A stretch of DNA of 64,000 nt from Terriglobia bacterium (GCA_965218585.1 CBDCLE010000026.1:32001-96000); one strand, 5' to 3'. Counted from the stretch's first letter, positions 1-10,327 are shown. Notes: generated by a model from the sequence alone, not told the origin. Program-made: numbers and translations.

Positions 1-2
1 CC

Positions 3-518
3 ACCGGCCCGGGAAGCGTCAACGCGAGAGACCGTATCGGTGCAGGCCCCTGGTATAGCTACGCCGGCCTTCAAATCGCGGCAAACGTCGCCGACCTACA
101 CTCGGAGAACAACAACCTCGACAAGGGGACGGCGCTCAGCGAAAAGGGCGAGATCACCAGCGGACGGGGCGACACGCCCAACCGGCATGACATTCTGACC
201 GGTTCCAACCTTGACGGCACAGCGTTGGTCATACTCGCACCGGAAACCGAAGGTCGAGGTCGGGGCCGAGGCGACGTTGGTCGCGGACGGGGCGGTCGGG
301 GAGGTCGTCCACCGAGACCGGAGCTGGTGGACCGAACGTGCCGCGACTGGACCAGTAACCAAGCGGATGGAGGCGCCGAGGTGGGACACTTCGACCGCGA
401 GGGTGGGGGAACTAATCCGACTTCGTGGAATTCGGCGCACACCTCCAATGGCTGCGGTTCCGACAACCTTCAGGCCACCGGTGGAGACGGCCTGTTCTAC
501 TGCTTTGCTATCGATTGA
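3..518 (+). CDS. Endostatin/C-type-lectin-fold domain protein, 5' partial (runs off window)
   Basis: Frame 3 is open from base 3: NARDRIGAGPWY..DLH..HDILTGS..TCRDWTS..GH.D..SWNSAHTSNGC..LFYCFAID*. Confidence 0.75.
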   Translation, partial: TGPGSVNARDRIGAGPWYSYAGLQIAANVADLHSENNNLDKGTALSEKGEITSGRGDTPNRHDILTGSNLDGTALVILAPETEGRGRGRGDVGRGRGGRGGRPPRPELVDRTCRDWTSNQADGGAEVGHFDREGGGTNPTSWNSAHTSNGCGSDNLQATGGDGLFYCFAID

Positions 519-566
519 CTGCCTGATCGAAAACGATTCAGGCGCGTGCCCGGCCTTCGGTTTTTG

Positions 567-1325
567 CTACTCCGCTTCGCAAGTGGATGCCACCGAATCC
601 ATCGTGAGCACGTTCAAGTATTCGCCGTCGAACTGGCGAACGAGTACGCCTTTCACCTCGACCTTGCGGCTGTTTAACGTCGCTGCATCCTCGAAATTCT
701 GCAGAAAATAAGTGCCCGGGCCAGGCGGCATTTCCCTTGCGGCCGCCAGTTGTTCGCCGGTGGAAGGTGTCCTCGCGCCTCTGATCCGAACGGCGCTGGC
801 GTCGGCAAGCGTCCAGCCCTCACCCGAGGGCACGACGCAGCCCACCACACGGAGCAGTGCCAGGTTTGGAAAAAGCTCGGGTCCGTCGAGACCGACGAGT
901 TGGATATAGCGGGTCCCGTCCGGGGTCAGTTCCTCTCGGCCAAAGGGCAGACCCTGCTCCCACAGAATGTAGGACAAGATATCTATATAGGTGCTCTCGC
1001 CGAGAGAGCCCGGTGCGTGGGCCGGCATGCGGGTTCTCATATGGTCGAACAACGGCCCGAGCTTCGCTTCACGCCAACGGTCCAGGAAGTCGATGTCCAA
1101 AAGCGGCGGGGCGGCGTCATCGGGTTCTCCATAGACGTGACATCCTTCGCAGTTGGCGACGAACGCCTCTTCACCTCGAAATGCCTGACCCTCGGTGTAC
1201 ACACCGTCGAGGACGGTTATTTCGAATTCCCCCTGCATCCGGGCCTTGGCGGACGAGAAGCCCAACCCGACCGCCACCATCAATGTCGCGGGCAACGATG
1301 CCCGCACGATTCTCCACATGTTCAT
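567..1325 (-). CDS. Exported monoheme cytochrome c with C-terminal beta domain
   Basis: Signal peptide, GVYTEGQA.RG, CEGCH heme motif, distal MP. Confidence 0.8.
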   Translation of the reverse strand: MNMWRIVRASLPATLMVAVGLGFSSAKARMQGEFEITVLDGVYTEGQAFRGEEAFVANCEGCHVYGEPDDAAPPLLDIDFLDRWREAKLGPLFDHMRTRMPAHAPGSLGESTYIDILSYILWEQGLPFGREELTPDGTRYIQLVGLDGPELFPNLALLRVVGCVVPSGEGWTLADASAVRIRGARTPSTGEQLAAAREMPPGPGTYFLQNFEDAATLNSRKVEVKGVLVRQFDGEYLNVLTMDSVASTCEAE

Positions 1326-1523
1326 AGTCCTCGGCTCGGAACGGCCCCCGAAAGCGTCAACGAAACCCGGACGCTACTCCCCTCTGCCCCGTGTCGCCAG
1401 CTTGTCGGCTTTGTGATAGATTATGCGGCGATAATTCGTTTTGCGGCAAGCTGACTGTGTCCATGGACGTTCGAAACGCCGTTTCAGACCGTCCGTTTGA
1501 ACACGACGTAAAGGAGAGTGACG

Positions 1524-2330
1524 ATGGTTCGCGTGAGCCGGTTCTGCCTATTGCTCGTGGCGCTGGGTGTCTGGGTTCAGCCGATCGAGGCCCGTCCAGA
1601 ATTTTATCAAATCTTTCTGCAGGACCCGTTCCGAGCCGAGGACCGAGAAGGGTGTGTCACCTGTCACGTCGATCCCAACGGTGGCGGACCGCGAAACGAA
1701 TTCGGGCTCGCCTTTAACGCGGAAGGCCGGGTGATCACGCCGATGCTGCGCTCGGACTGGCCCGACCGCTTCGACGTTTTCACGATGGAGGTTGCCGGCG
1801 CTACGATCTATTTCGCCGATCCGGAAAGCCGACTGCTGGTGACCGAAGTTGACGGAGAGAAAACCCTCGTAGATCTCCTCGAGGGTGGCTACGCGGGCAT
1901 GGCAACCGAGGACGAAATTCCCGAGCGGGTCAGCAAGTTCAACTTCTTCATCACGAGCACCGGGTCCGGGAACGGAGGCGACCTCGGTGGCCTGATCGGG
2001 GCTGACCGGCATTGCCAATCGCTGGCCGAATCGGTCGGCTTTGGCGACAAGACCTGGCGCGCATACCTGAGCACTAGCGTAGACGGGGGGCCCGCTCTCA
2101 ACGCCGGCGACCGGATCGGGAGCGGCCCTTGGTACAACTCCAGGGAAGTCATGGTCGGTTGGGGCGTCTCTGACTTGCACGGGGCAGACAACCGCCTCAG
2201 CAAGGAGCTGGCGTTGAACGAAAGAGGAGAGGTGATCAACGGCGTCGGGGACACGCCGAACCAGCACGACATCCTCACCGGAACGCTGGGGGACGGGACC
2301 GCAGGCCATGGGTTCCGAAACCATCTATAA
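1524..2330 (+). pseudogene. Exported CxxCH + endostatin-like domain protein, C-terminally truncated
   Basis: AAGGAG RBS at 1511-1516; signal peptide; CVTCH; GGDLGGLIGADRHCQSLA, WRAYLS, DRIGSGPWY, HDILTG; lacks the C-terminal CxxW/SWNSAH/FYCFA part seen in the paralog at 3-518. Confidence 0.65.
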
Positions 2331-4149
2331 GGAAACGGGATACCGTACCAAAGGGGACGCCTCGCAGTCGGACCGCGTCGACGGTCTGCCGTTCGGCACC
2401 CGTGGCGGCATGCTGATTCGCCACTACTTTCCGGTTGACGGGGAGTACGACATCGTCTTTCAGCCCGTGCGCGACAATGTCGGCCGCATCGTGGGTGGGC
2501 CGGACGGCGAATGGTTGGAGATCACGATCGACGGCGAGCGAGTCCGGCTGTGGGATTTCAACACTGATCTTCTCACGTCGACTCAGACGGTAGAAGGCGA
2601 TTCCAATGCCGTTCGCGTCTTCGTGAAGGCCGGCACACACGAAGTCGGGGCCTCATTCCTGGCTCGGCGCTACGCCCCGACTACCGACTATCTGCGCCTC
2701 TGGGCCAACACCTCGCTTGCGGGTGAGTCCCTGGACTTCTACACGCAATTCCCCCATGTCAGCCAGATCCAGATCATCGGGCCCTTCAACCCGATGGGCG
2801 TTGCAGACAGCGCGAGCCGACGCACGATTCTGGTGTGCGAACCCGCCAGTGTTTCCGAAGAACTTGCCTGCGCGGAACAGATCATAGCCAACCTGGCAAG
2901 CCGGGCGTTCCGGCGGCCGTCCACCGACGAAGACATGGAGGCGTTGATCGGGTTCTTTACAGAAGGACGCGACAGAGGCGACTTCGAGGACGGCATCGAA
3001 CTTGCGCTGCAGCGCATCCTGTCGGACCCGGAATTTGTATACCGGACCGAAATCGATCCCCACGACGCCGCCCCCGGAGAAACCTATCCGATCACGGACC
3101 TGGAACTGGCGTCCCGGTTGTCTTTCTTTCTCTGGAGCAGCGTTCCCGACGAGGAGTTAATCCAGGTGGGGGCCGAAGGGAGACTTTCAGACCCCGATGT
3201 GCTCGAGCGGCAGGTGCGCCGCATGCTGGCCGACTCCCAGGCCGAGTCGCTGTCGACGAACTTCGGGGCCCAGTGGCTAAACCTGCGGGCCCTGCCGGGG
3301 GGCAAGGCCGCGCTGGTCTATCCGGACTTCGATGACACACTCCGTACAGCGCTTCGGACGGAAACAGAGATGTTTTTCGACAGCATTGTGCGTGAGGACC
3401 GAAGCGTGCTCGACCTGATGACGGCGGACTACACGTTTGTGAACGAACGTCTGGCCCGCCACTACGGAATCCCCGGTGTTTACGGTCCCGAGTTTCAGCG
3501 CGTCACGCTGGGTGAGGAGTTCGACGCGCGCCGCGGTTTACTGGGCAAAGGGAGCATTCTTTTAACGACCAGCGACGCGGGGCGTACTTCGCCCGTCATC
3601 CGGGGCAAGTGGATCCTGATGAATATCCTCGGCACGCTTCCGCCCGAACCTCCTCCGAACGTTCCGCTACTGGAAGAAGAAGTCGAAAACGGCCAGGTCG
3701 TCACGTCCACCCAATCCATGCGCTCGCGCATGGAGCAACACCGGGCAAATCCGGCCTGCGCCTCGTGCCACATGATCATGGACCCGATTGGTTTCGGCCT
3801 GGAAAACTTCGATGGTATCGGAATGTGGCGGAGCCGTGAGGGAGAGGAACCGGTAAACGCAACCGGCACGTTCGTCGATGGAACCCGGTTCGAAGGCCCT
3901 TCCCAGTTGCGGGCCGTGCTGATGAAGTATTCCGACCAGTTCGTCCGGACTCTGACCGAGAAGCTTCTGATATTTGCCGTCGGCCGATCGGTCGACTACA
4001 ACGACATGCCGGCCCTGCGGTCGATCGTGCGGGAAGCGGAGGCAGAAGATTACCGCTTTTCTGCGATCGTGCTGGGGATTATCAACAGTGATCTTTTCCG
4101 GCTGAACACGAAACTGGAACAGACCGAAGAGGTCGCCCTCGAGGAATAG
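2308..4149 (+). CDS. DUF1592/DUF1588/DUF1595/DUF1585 (PSD/PSCyt) protein, N-terminus apparently missing
   Basis: GLPFGTRGG, LASRLSFFLWSSVPD, TSPVIRGKW, CASCH, DPIGFGLENFD; no signal peptide or N-terminal cytochrome domain. Confidence 0.85.
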   Translation: MGSETIYKETGYRTKGDASQSDRVDGLPFGTRGGMLIRHYFPVDGEYDIVFQPVRDNVGRIVGGPDGEWLEITIDGERVRLWDFNTDLLTSTQTVEGDSNAVRVFVKAGTHEVGASFLARRYAPTTDYLRLWANTSLAGESLDFYTQFPHVSQIQIIGPFNPMGVADSASRRTILVCEPASVSEELACAEQIIANLASRAFRRPSTDEDMEALIGFFTEGRDRGDFEDGIELALQRILSDPEFVYRTEIDPHDAAPGETYPITDLELASRLSFFLWSSVPDEELIQVGAEGRLSDPDVLERQVRRMLADSQAESLSTNFGAQWLNLRALPGGKAALVYPDFDDTLRTALRTETEMFFDSIVREDRSVLDLMTADYTFVNERLARHYGIPGVYGPEFQRVTLGEEFDARRGLLGKGSILLTTSDAGRTSPVIRGKWILMNILGTLPPEPPPNVPLLEEEVENGQVVTSTQSMRSRMEQHRANPACASCHMIMDPIGFGLENFDGIGMWRSREGEEPVNATGTFVDGTRFEGPSQLRAVLMKYSDQFVRTLTEKLLIFAVGRSVDYNDMPALRSIVREAEAEDYRFSAIVLGIINSDLFRLNTKLEQTEEVALEE

Positions 4150-4229
4150 CCGTAGCGGGTTGTTTCACAAAGAACTTGACTGATCTACGAAGATCAGGTG
4201 TTGTTCACAGTTAGGAGCAATAGAGAGCC

Positions 4230-5648
4230 ATGTTCATCACCAAGAAACACATTCCCCGCCGGACGTTTTTAAGGGGTGCCGGTGTGACCCTTGCACTGCC
4301 GTTGCTCGAAGCGATGCTTCCCGCACAGACTCCATCGAGGGAAACGGCGCTGGGCTCTCCGAACACGCGGTTCGTCGGGATCTTCAATCCACACGGTTGG
4401 ACTCCCTCGTACTGGGCGCCGTATACGGAAGAAGAAGCGGCGAACAAAGTCCACTACTCCGGAAACGTGACTGGCGAGAGTGGACCTTTGGTCGAGATGC
4501 CCTTCATTCACACGTCGCTGGAACCGTTCAAAGATCAGCTGTCTATTATCGCCGGGCTCGACGCCCGTTCTTCGTTTGCCCCGCTCGGCGGTAACGGTGG
4601 CTTCCACTCCCGGGCTGCGGGGTTCATGACCGGGTACCGACTGAAGAAGACGGCGGGTTCCGATGTGGACGTCGGCATGGCAACGATCGATCAGCAGATC
4701 GCTCAGAAGATCGGCCAGGAAACGTTGCTGCCGTCGATGCAGTTCGGCATCGAGGATCCCGGTGGCCAGGCGGGTATCTGTGGCTGGGGCTACGCGTGCG
4801 CCTACACGAACACGATCTCGTGGTCAGACCGCCATTCGCCGATGCCCATGGAGATCAGCCCTCAGGTGATGTTCGAGCGGATGTTCGGAGCGGGCAGCAC
4901 TCCCGAAGAGCGCGCTCTCCGACGTGCAAATCAGACCAGCGTTCTGGATTCGGTCACCCGCAAGGTGACCCGCCTGAAAGCGGACCTTACCGCCTCGGAC
5001 CGGAACAATCTGGACAGCTTCCTGGACAACGTTCGTGAGATCGAACGGCGTCTCGACATCGCAGCCAAGACCTCGGCAGCAGTGCCGACCATGGATGTGC
5101 CTTACGGTGTCCCCGAGTCTTACGACGAACACGTCAAGCTGCACTGGGACCTGATGATCGCCGCCTTCCAGGGAGACATCTCGCGGGTCAGTTCGATCAT
5201 GCTCGCGCGCGACACCAGCCCCCGGACCTACCCCGAAAGCGGCGTCCTATCGAGCAATCACGGCTCGTCGCATCACGGTGAAAACGACGAGCGGCGACTC
5301 GTGCACGCCACACTCACCCGGTATCTGTCGTCAACGGTCGCTTACTTCGTTGACAAGCTGGGGAGCACACCCGATTTGGACGGCAGCAGCCTCCTGGATA
5401 ATACCCTGATCATGTGGGGGAGCAACATGGGCAAGGCTGCAGCGCACAACCACTTCAATGCGCCCCATATGTTGATCGGTGGTGCATCGGGCCAGCACAA
5501 GGGTGGCCGTTACCTCATCCATAGAGATGGCGGACCCAGTGCGGTAAACGGCTCGAACGTCGACCTGCTGTTGACCGTCCTGGACATGTACGGAACTCAC
5601 CACGAGCGACTGCCCGAAAGCTCGAACACGACGCGCGTGGCGCTCTGA
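4230..5648 (+). CDS. DUF1552 (HXXSHH) Tat-exported protein
   Basis: MFITKKHIPRRTFLRGAG twin-Arg signal, GYACAY, HGSSHH. Confidence 0.9.
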   Translation: MFITKKHIPRRTFLRGAGVTLALPLLEAMLPAQTPSRETALGSPNTRFVGIFNPHGWTPSYWAPYTEEEAANKVHYSGNVTGESGPLVEMPFIHTSLEPFKDQLSIIAGLDARSSFAPLGGNGGFHSRAAGFMTGYRLKKTAGSDVDVGMATIDQQIAQKIGQETLLPSMQFGIEDPGGQAGICGWGYACAYTNTISWSDRHSPMPMEISPQVMFERMFGAGSTPEERALRRANQTSVLDSVTRKVTRLKADLTASDRNNLDSFLDNVREIERRLDIAAKTSAAVPTMDVPYGVPESYDEHVKLHWDLMIAAFQGDISRVSSIMLARDTSPRTYPESGVLSSNHGSSHHGENDERRLVHATLTRYLSSTVAYFVDKLGSTPDLDGSSLLDNTLIMWGSNMGKAAAHNHFNAPHMLIGGASGQHKGGRYLIHRDGGPSAVNGSNVDLLLTVLDMYGTHHERLPESSNTTRVAL

Positions 5649-5751
5649 GGATTCGATAGAGAGCGGCCCTTGCATCGTGGGTCAAGGCGTTCAGTATGTC
5701 GCTGCCCAACCTGACTTGCCCGAGGCTCTCGGCCGACTCGGTATCAGTCGA

Positions 5752-7962
5752 CTAGAACCGGAACGTGTAGTTGAACTTGACGCTGATATCCGCAAGCTCG
5801 GACCTGAACGAGTTGTCCTTATCCCTATCCTGCAGGCTGTGATTCAAAACAATAAAGCCTTCCTGTCCTGCAGTCGGTATCCATATGAGCCGCGTGTTGA
5901 CGCCCAGAACCTCCGAGACGTCGTCGTACTGAGTCAGGGTGATCCATGAGAGCGATGACGAAAAGTTAACCTCTGAAGTAACCGACATCAGGCGGGTAAT
6001 GAAGTCCCCCTGGGGAAGGTCGATGTCGTTCATGTCGTAGCTGAGTTCGAGGATGAAGTTCCTGGACTGGTTCCAGGTGAACTCGCCGGCGATGTTCCTG
6101 CGTGCGCCGCTGAAGAAATCCCCCCATCCATAGGTCAACCCTCCAACGAACGTACGTTGTCCTCCGGTCTCGGCGCTGAGGATCGTTTCACCGAACGAGT
6201 ACGTTCCGGTTGGAATAACGACGGCTCGGGCCGGCTCTCTGTAGATTTCAAAAGGTCGGGCGACGACTTCCTTAGTCCGGCTGTAGTGAACCTGGAACTC
6301 GTCTCCACCGGTGGTTTCAAGCTCGACGATGCGACCAAGGATGACCTGGGACTCGAGTCCGCCCCCATCCAGAAACGTCACGCGTTGTGCGTCCACTCCG
6401 GCGAAGATCGATTGCAGTGGGCCTCCACTTGTAAAGTGTGTGTATCCCGCGTCGGCGGTGATGTCCCGAATATTGGATCGGCTTACGAACCCGAGAGCTG
6501 GATTGAAGTTCGCGTCTACCTGTTTGAGATTGAACCCGCCGGCCCACTCCGAATTGTTGGGCATTCGAACCCCCAGGCCGAAGGCCGAGTCCTCGCCCTC
6601 AAGTCCCTCTGTGTCCGATTGCTGGTACCAGGCCTCGGCCTCCAGGACCCGGCCGCCTGATATGCGTGTATTCAGATAACGAAAATCGAAACCGACGACC
6701 GAGTTGTCGAGATTCGAGTTCGGATCGCCCGTCGTGACGATCGCCCCCAACGTGGATTCAGCGAGAACATTTGCCGAAACCCGTCCGACAAACACGTTGG
6801 TCGGATTTACAGACTCGAACTCACCCTGACGGATGGCGAGCGCACCAATGTTCCACCGCCCGATCCGGCCGCTGAGCTTGCCGCCAACCTCCAGGTCCAC
6901 TGGAGTGCCCCCGGGACCTAAACCAAGTCGGCGGGAGAAAAACGGCCGCGCGTTGTTCTCGCTGGAACCGGAGCTGGCCTGATTGCCATTGCCGACCCTC
7001 CCGAATTCGAACAAGTCGGCATCGTTAAGGAAGAAGTTACGCTTTTCCGGAAAAAACAGGTTGAAGCGCGTGAGGTTGACCTGCCGGTCGTCCACCTCCG
7101 TGGCCGAGAAGTCCGTATTGACTGTCAGCGAAGCGTTCAGCGAAGGCGTGACACGGTAGAAGAGATCCAAAGACGGATCGAGGTTTGACTCGCTTGTCCC
7201 CGAAGCAAAGTTTTTCAGCTCGCTCGAGGAAACCGACGGCACGATGTCCAGACCCGCCCCCTGGTCCATCCCTTCGAATCCGGTCGCGGTTCCCAGAATG
7301 CTGGGGTTGTAGGTGCGATTGCGGGAGACCCAGGCCATCTCTTCGCCCCGTCGGCGGATACCTCTTCCGAAGTTGAATCCCCAGGTGTCGATCGACGGAT
7401 CGAATGGCAGCGTCTTGAAAGGTATCTCCAACTCGGCTATCCAGCCGCTTTCAAAAACCGAGGCGGCGACATCCCAGATAACGGTCCACTCACTCTCAAA
7501 CGAGTCTACCTGTTCGTAGAGCGCGTCGTGGCGGATGCCGTTGGCATTGGTCTCGAATCGATAGCCGCCCCGGCGCGTGTTGAAGGGATCCAGGATGACG
7601 ACGAGTCGGTCGTCGCTCCCTAAGCCCTGGCCGTGTCTCATGGTGGGTGCTGCAATCCGTTCCGGTTCGCTGTCATACATTCGAGCCCCGATATAAAGGG
7701 CATCGTCGTCATAGATCAGGTAGACCTCGGTCCTCTCCGAAGGTTCGGCGCCGTCGCCGGGTCGGATCTGATGAAAGTCGTTGATAACTTCAGCCTCGTC
7801 CCAGACAGGATCGTCCAGCAGGCCGTCGATGGCGGGTGGGGAGGCAACCCTTACCACCTGGACGGATTTCCGAGCTTCGTCAGACCCAACCTGGGCAGGA
7901 CCGGAATCTGGGAACGTCAGCATGATCAGAGAGATACAAATCAAGTATGAGGTCGGTCGCAT
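5752..7962 (-). CDS. CBM9-like + DUF5916 outer-membrane protein
   Basis: PPAIDGLLDDPVW, EIPFKTL, NTDFSATEVD, FNLFFPEKRNFF; C-terminal beta-signal YTFRF. Confidence 0.85.
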   Translation of the reverse strand: MRPTSYLICISLIMLTFPDSGPAQVGSDEARKSVQVVRVASPPAIDGLLDDPVWDEAEVINDFHQIRPGDGAEPSERTEVYLIYDDDALYIGARMYDSEPERIAAPTMRHGQGLGSDDRLVVILDPFNTRRGGYRFETNANGIRHDALYEQVDSFESEWTVIWDVAASVFESGWIAELEIPFKTLPFDPSIDTWGFNFGRGIRRRGEEMAWVSRNRTYNPSILGTATGFEGMDQGAGLDIVPSVSSSELKNFASGTSESNLDPSLDLFYRVTPSLNASLTVNTDFSATEVDDRQVNLTRFNLFFPEKRNFFLNDADLFEFGRVGNGNQASSGSSENNARPFFSRRLGLGPGGTPVDLEVGGKLSGRIGRWNIGALAIRQGEFESVNPTNVFVGRVSANVLAESTLGAIVTTGDPNSNLDNSVVGFDFRYLNTRISGGRVLEAEAWYQQSDTEGLEGEDSAFGLGVRMPNNSEWAGGFNLKQVDANFNPALGFVSRSNIRDITADAGYTHFTSGGPLQSIFAGVDAQRVTFLDGGGLESQVILGRIVELETTGGDEFQVHYSRTKEVVARPFEIYREPARAVVIPTGTYSFGETILSAETGGQRTFVGGLTYGWGDFFSGARRNIAGEFTWNQSRNFILELSYDMNDIDLPQGDFITRLMSVTSEVNFSSSLSWITLTQYDDVSEVLGVNTRLIWIPTAGQEGFIVLNHSLQDRDKDNSFRSELADISVKFNYTFRF

Positions 7963-8081
7963 GACGGAAAGTATAGGGGGAGAGGCGCGAGGTTTGCCAT
8001 GGCTGAAATCTGGCGGTCCACGGCAAAGGACGGACATCTTTAACCGTATCCGGTTATTCTAGTGTCCTGTAACAGTTCTAG

Positions 8082-9818
8082 CCCGCATGTTTCACCAGTC
8101 CGGCGATCAGGGGGATTTGGGCAGTAAGAATCGGATTCGGGAGGATCTGGGTTCGAATTGGGCATGTGTGGCGTGACTCGGCGGTGTCGACAAGCGGGAG
8201 TTGCTGCGTTTTCGGGTTCAGAAGAGGGTGACGAAACGCACTGAGACAAACCTCGGCGGAGCCGAAAAGAGCGAGTCGATTTTGGCGCAGGGGATCGGGT
8301 CGGTTCTCAGCAGCGCAGAGGAAGCGCCTGCAGGTTTCGATGGACGAGGGCAAAGACCTCGGCGTAGGGATAGGCTTCCGACATGGAGATCCAGATGTTG
8401 CGAACCGTCAGACGGACTTGAGCTCCGATCTTGAGGAGCTTCAAGCGGATCGTCTGGCACTGAGCGCGGGCCAGATCGGTATTCTTCAGTCCCAGACGGC
8501 GTAACGCGTGCAGGAGCATGTAGGCGGCCGAGGACAGATAGAGCCGGAGTTGATTGGCGCGCATGGTTGCCGCGCTGGTCCGGTCGGCGAATAGATCCAA
8601 CTGCTGTTCCTTGATGCGATTTTCCATGTCGCCCCGCGCACAGTAAAAGTCTTCATAGAGGGCGCGGGCGTCCAGGCGTTCCGGCGACAGTGAGGTCACA
8701 ACGAATCGAGGATTGGCGCCTTTCTCCAGGAACTCGGCCTTGCCGATGACGCGTCGGGTGCAGGTCCAGCTCTTCCGAGTGCGATACCGGAAATCGTTAA
8801 ACACCCGCGCCGGTTTCCCGGTGTCGTTAAACTCGGCTTCGGCCTGACTCATCGATTCAGCGATCTCGCGCTTGAGCCGATCGTTCTTGGCCAGACCCAC
8901 CACGTAATCGACCTGGTGGGCCTCGCACCAACTCAGCAATTCATCCCGGCAAAAGCCCGAGTCGGCCCGGATGATAATCGACACCTCCGGCCAGCTCTGC
9001 CGGATCTGGCCGATGATGCGGTTCAATTCCTCGACGGCGCCGTCCGCACCGTCGACATTGGAGCACCGCAACCGGGCGCATAGCAGATGCTCTCCCGAAA
9101 AGATGTAGAGCGGCAGATAACAGTAGTTGCCGTAGTAGCCGTGAAAGAACCGTCCTTCCTGATGGCCATGGATCGGATCATCGGTCGCATCCAGGTCCAG
9201 AACAATCTCCTCGGGCGCCGATCCGTGAGCCGCCACAAATGCATCCACCATCCAGCGGTCGATCTTGTCCGGGTCCATGGCAATCTTCTTGTACCGCTCC
9301 TTCCCATCGACTTGCTCCCCGGTCAGTTCCAACCGGTTCAGCGTACACTTGCCCGCCAACGCTTTTCCCCGGTCTCGGGCCTGCCGCCGCTTCTCCCCCA
9401 GTGGATCGGCCTTATCCACCGCCACGGCCAGCATCGGATCGGTCCGCAGTTGGTCATGATCGTTCAGATCCTCGTAGCCCAGACAGAGTCCGTAGACGCG
9501 CTGCCCCAATAACTCGCTCACCGTGTGTTCGATCAACCTCGCGTCCCGGTAATCCCTGAAACACTCGGCCAGTCCGGCGATCAGACCCGTTCGCTTTTCC
9601 ACTTCCCTCAACAGCAGAACCCCAGCGTCGGAGGTGATCTTTCCGCCGTCAAAACGCGCCTTCACTTTTCGTTGAAGAAGTCCGTGAAATTCGAACGTCG
9701 TTTGGTTACACTCTGTTCTCATAAGGGCCGTCTCCGTTTGGCTTGTTAAACGTTTATTTCAAAACGCTTTATGCCAGACAGGGCGGCCTTTTCTGGTCCT
9801 ATCGGTGAAATATGCGGG
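8082..9818 (-). mobile_element. IS1380-family insertion sequence, apparently complete
   Basis: Terminal IRs CCCGCATGTTTCACC (8082) and GGTGAAATATGCGGG (ends 9818), 1 mismatch; CTAG on both flanks (8078-8081, 9819-9822). Confidence 0.9.
8307..9722 (-). CDS. IS1380-family DDE transposase
   Basis: FDGGKITSDAG, LDLDATDD, HGYY, RADSGF, YCARGDMENRIKE. Confidence 0.95.
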   Translation of the reverse strand: MRTECNQTTFEFHGLLQRKVKARFDGGKITSDAGVLLLREVEKRTGLIAGLAECFRDYRDARLIEHTVSELLGQRVYGLCLGYEDLNDHDQLRTDPMLAVAVDKADPLGEKRRQARDRGKALAGKCTLNRLELTGEQVDGKERYKKIAMDPDKIDRWMVDAFVAAHGSAPEEIVLDLDATDDPIHGHQEGRFFHGYYGNYCYLPLYIFSGEHLLCARLRCSNVDGADGAVEELNRIIGQIRQSWPEVSIIIRADSGFCRDELLSWCEAHQVDYVVGLAKNDRLKREIAESMSQAEAEFNDTGKPARVFNDFRYRTRKSWTCTRRVIGKAEFLEKGANPRFVVTSLSPERLDARALYEDFYCARGDMENRIKEQQLDLFADRTSAATMRANQLRLYLSSAAYMLLHALRRLGLKNTDLARAQCQTIRLKLLKIGAQVRLTVRNIWISMSEAYPYAEVFALVHRNLQALPLRC

Positions 9819-9865
9819 CTAGTGTTAACCCAACAGAGAGTTAAGAGTTGAGGCGTAGCGATCCA

Positions 9866-10327
9866 ATGAAAGAAATGCGAATGATATTGAGACATTTTCT
9901 GGCCGGTCTGTCATATCGAACACGGAAAGCTCTCCGCGATGCCCCGGAGGACTTCGGCTCCTTCAGTGCAGGCAATGGCAGTCGAACTCCGGTCGAGCTC
10001 ATGAACCATATGAACGGTGTGATCGGATGGGCCCGCACGTTCCTGATCGGCGGCAATTACGAGCCCGAACCCGCAAGCGACCTCAAGACCGAAACCGCCC
10101 GTTTCGACGAGTTGCTCTACAGCCTGTCCAGCGATCTTGAGACCGACTTGCCGTTGCGAAACATTACGCACGAGCAACTCCTCCATGGACCGCTCTCCGA
10201 TGCGATGACGCACGCAGGTCAGCTGGCCTTCCTCAGGCGACTTGCCGGGAACCCGATCGAACCGGAGAACTTCGTCAAGGCCAATATCCAGACACGTAAC
10301 CTCGGCGCCGGCCAAACCTCAGGCTGA
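9866..10327 (+). CDS. DinB/YfiT-like four-helix-bundle protein
   Basis: RTPVELMNHM, DAMTHAGQLAFLRRLAG. Confidence 0.7.
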   Translation: MKEMRMILRHFLAGLSYRTRKALRDAPEDFGSFSAGNGSRTPVELMNHMNGVIGWARTFLIGGNYEPEPASDLKTETARFDELLYSLSSDLETDLPLRNITHEQLLHGPLSDAMTHAGQLAFLRRLAGNPIEPENFVKANIQTRNLGAGQTSG

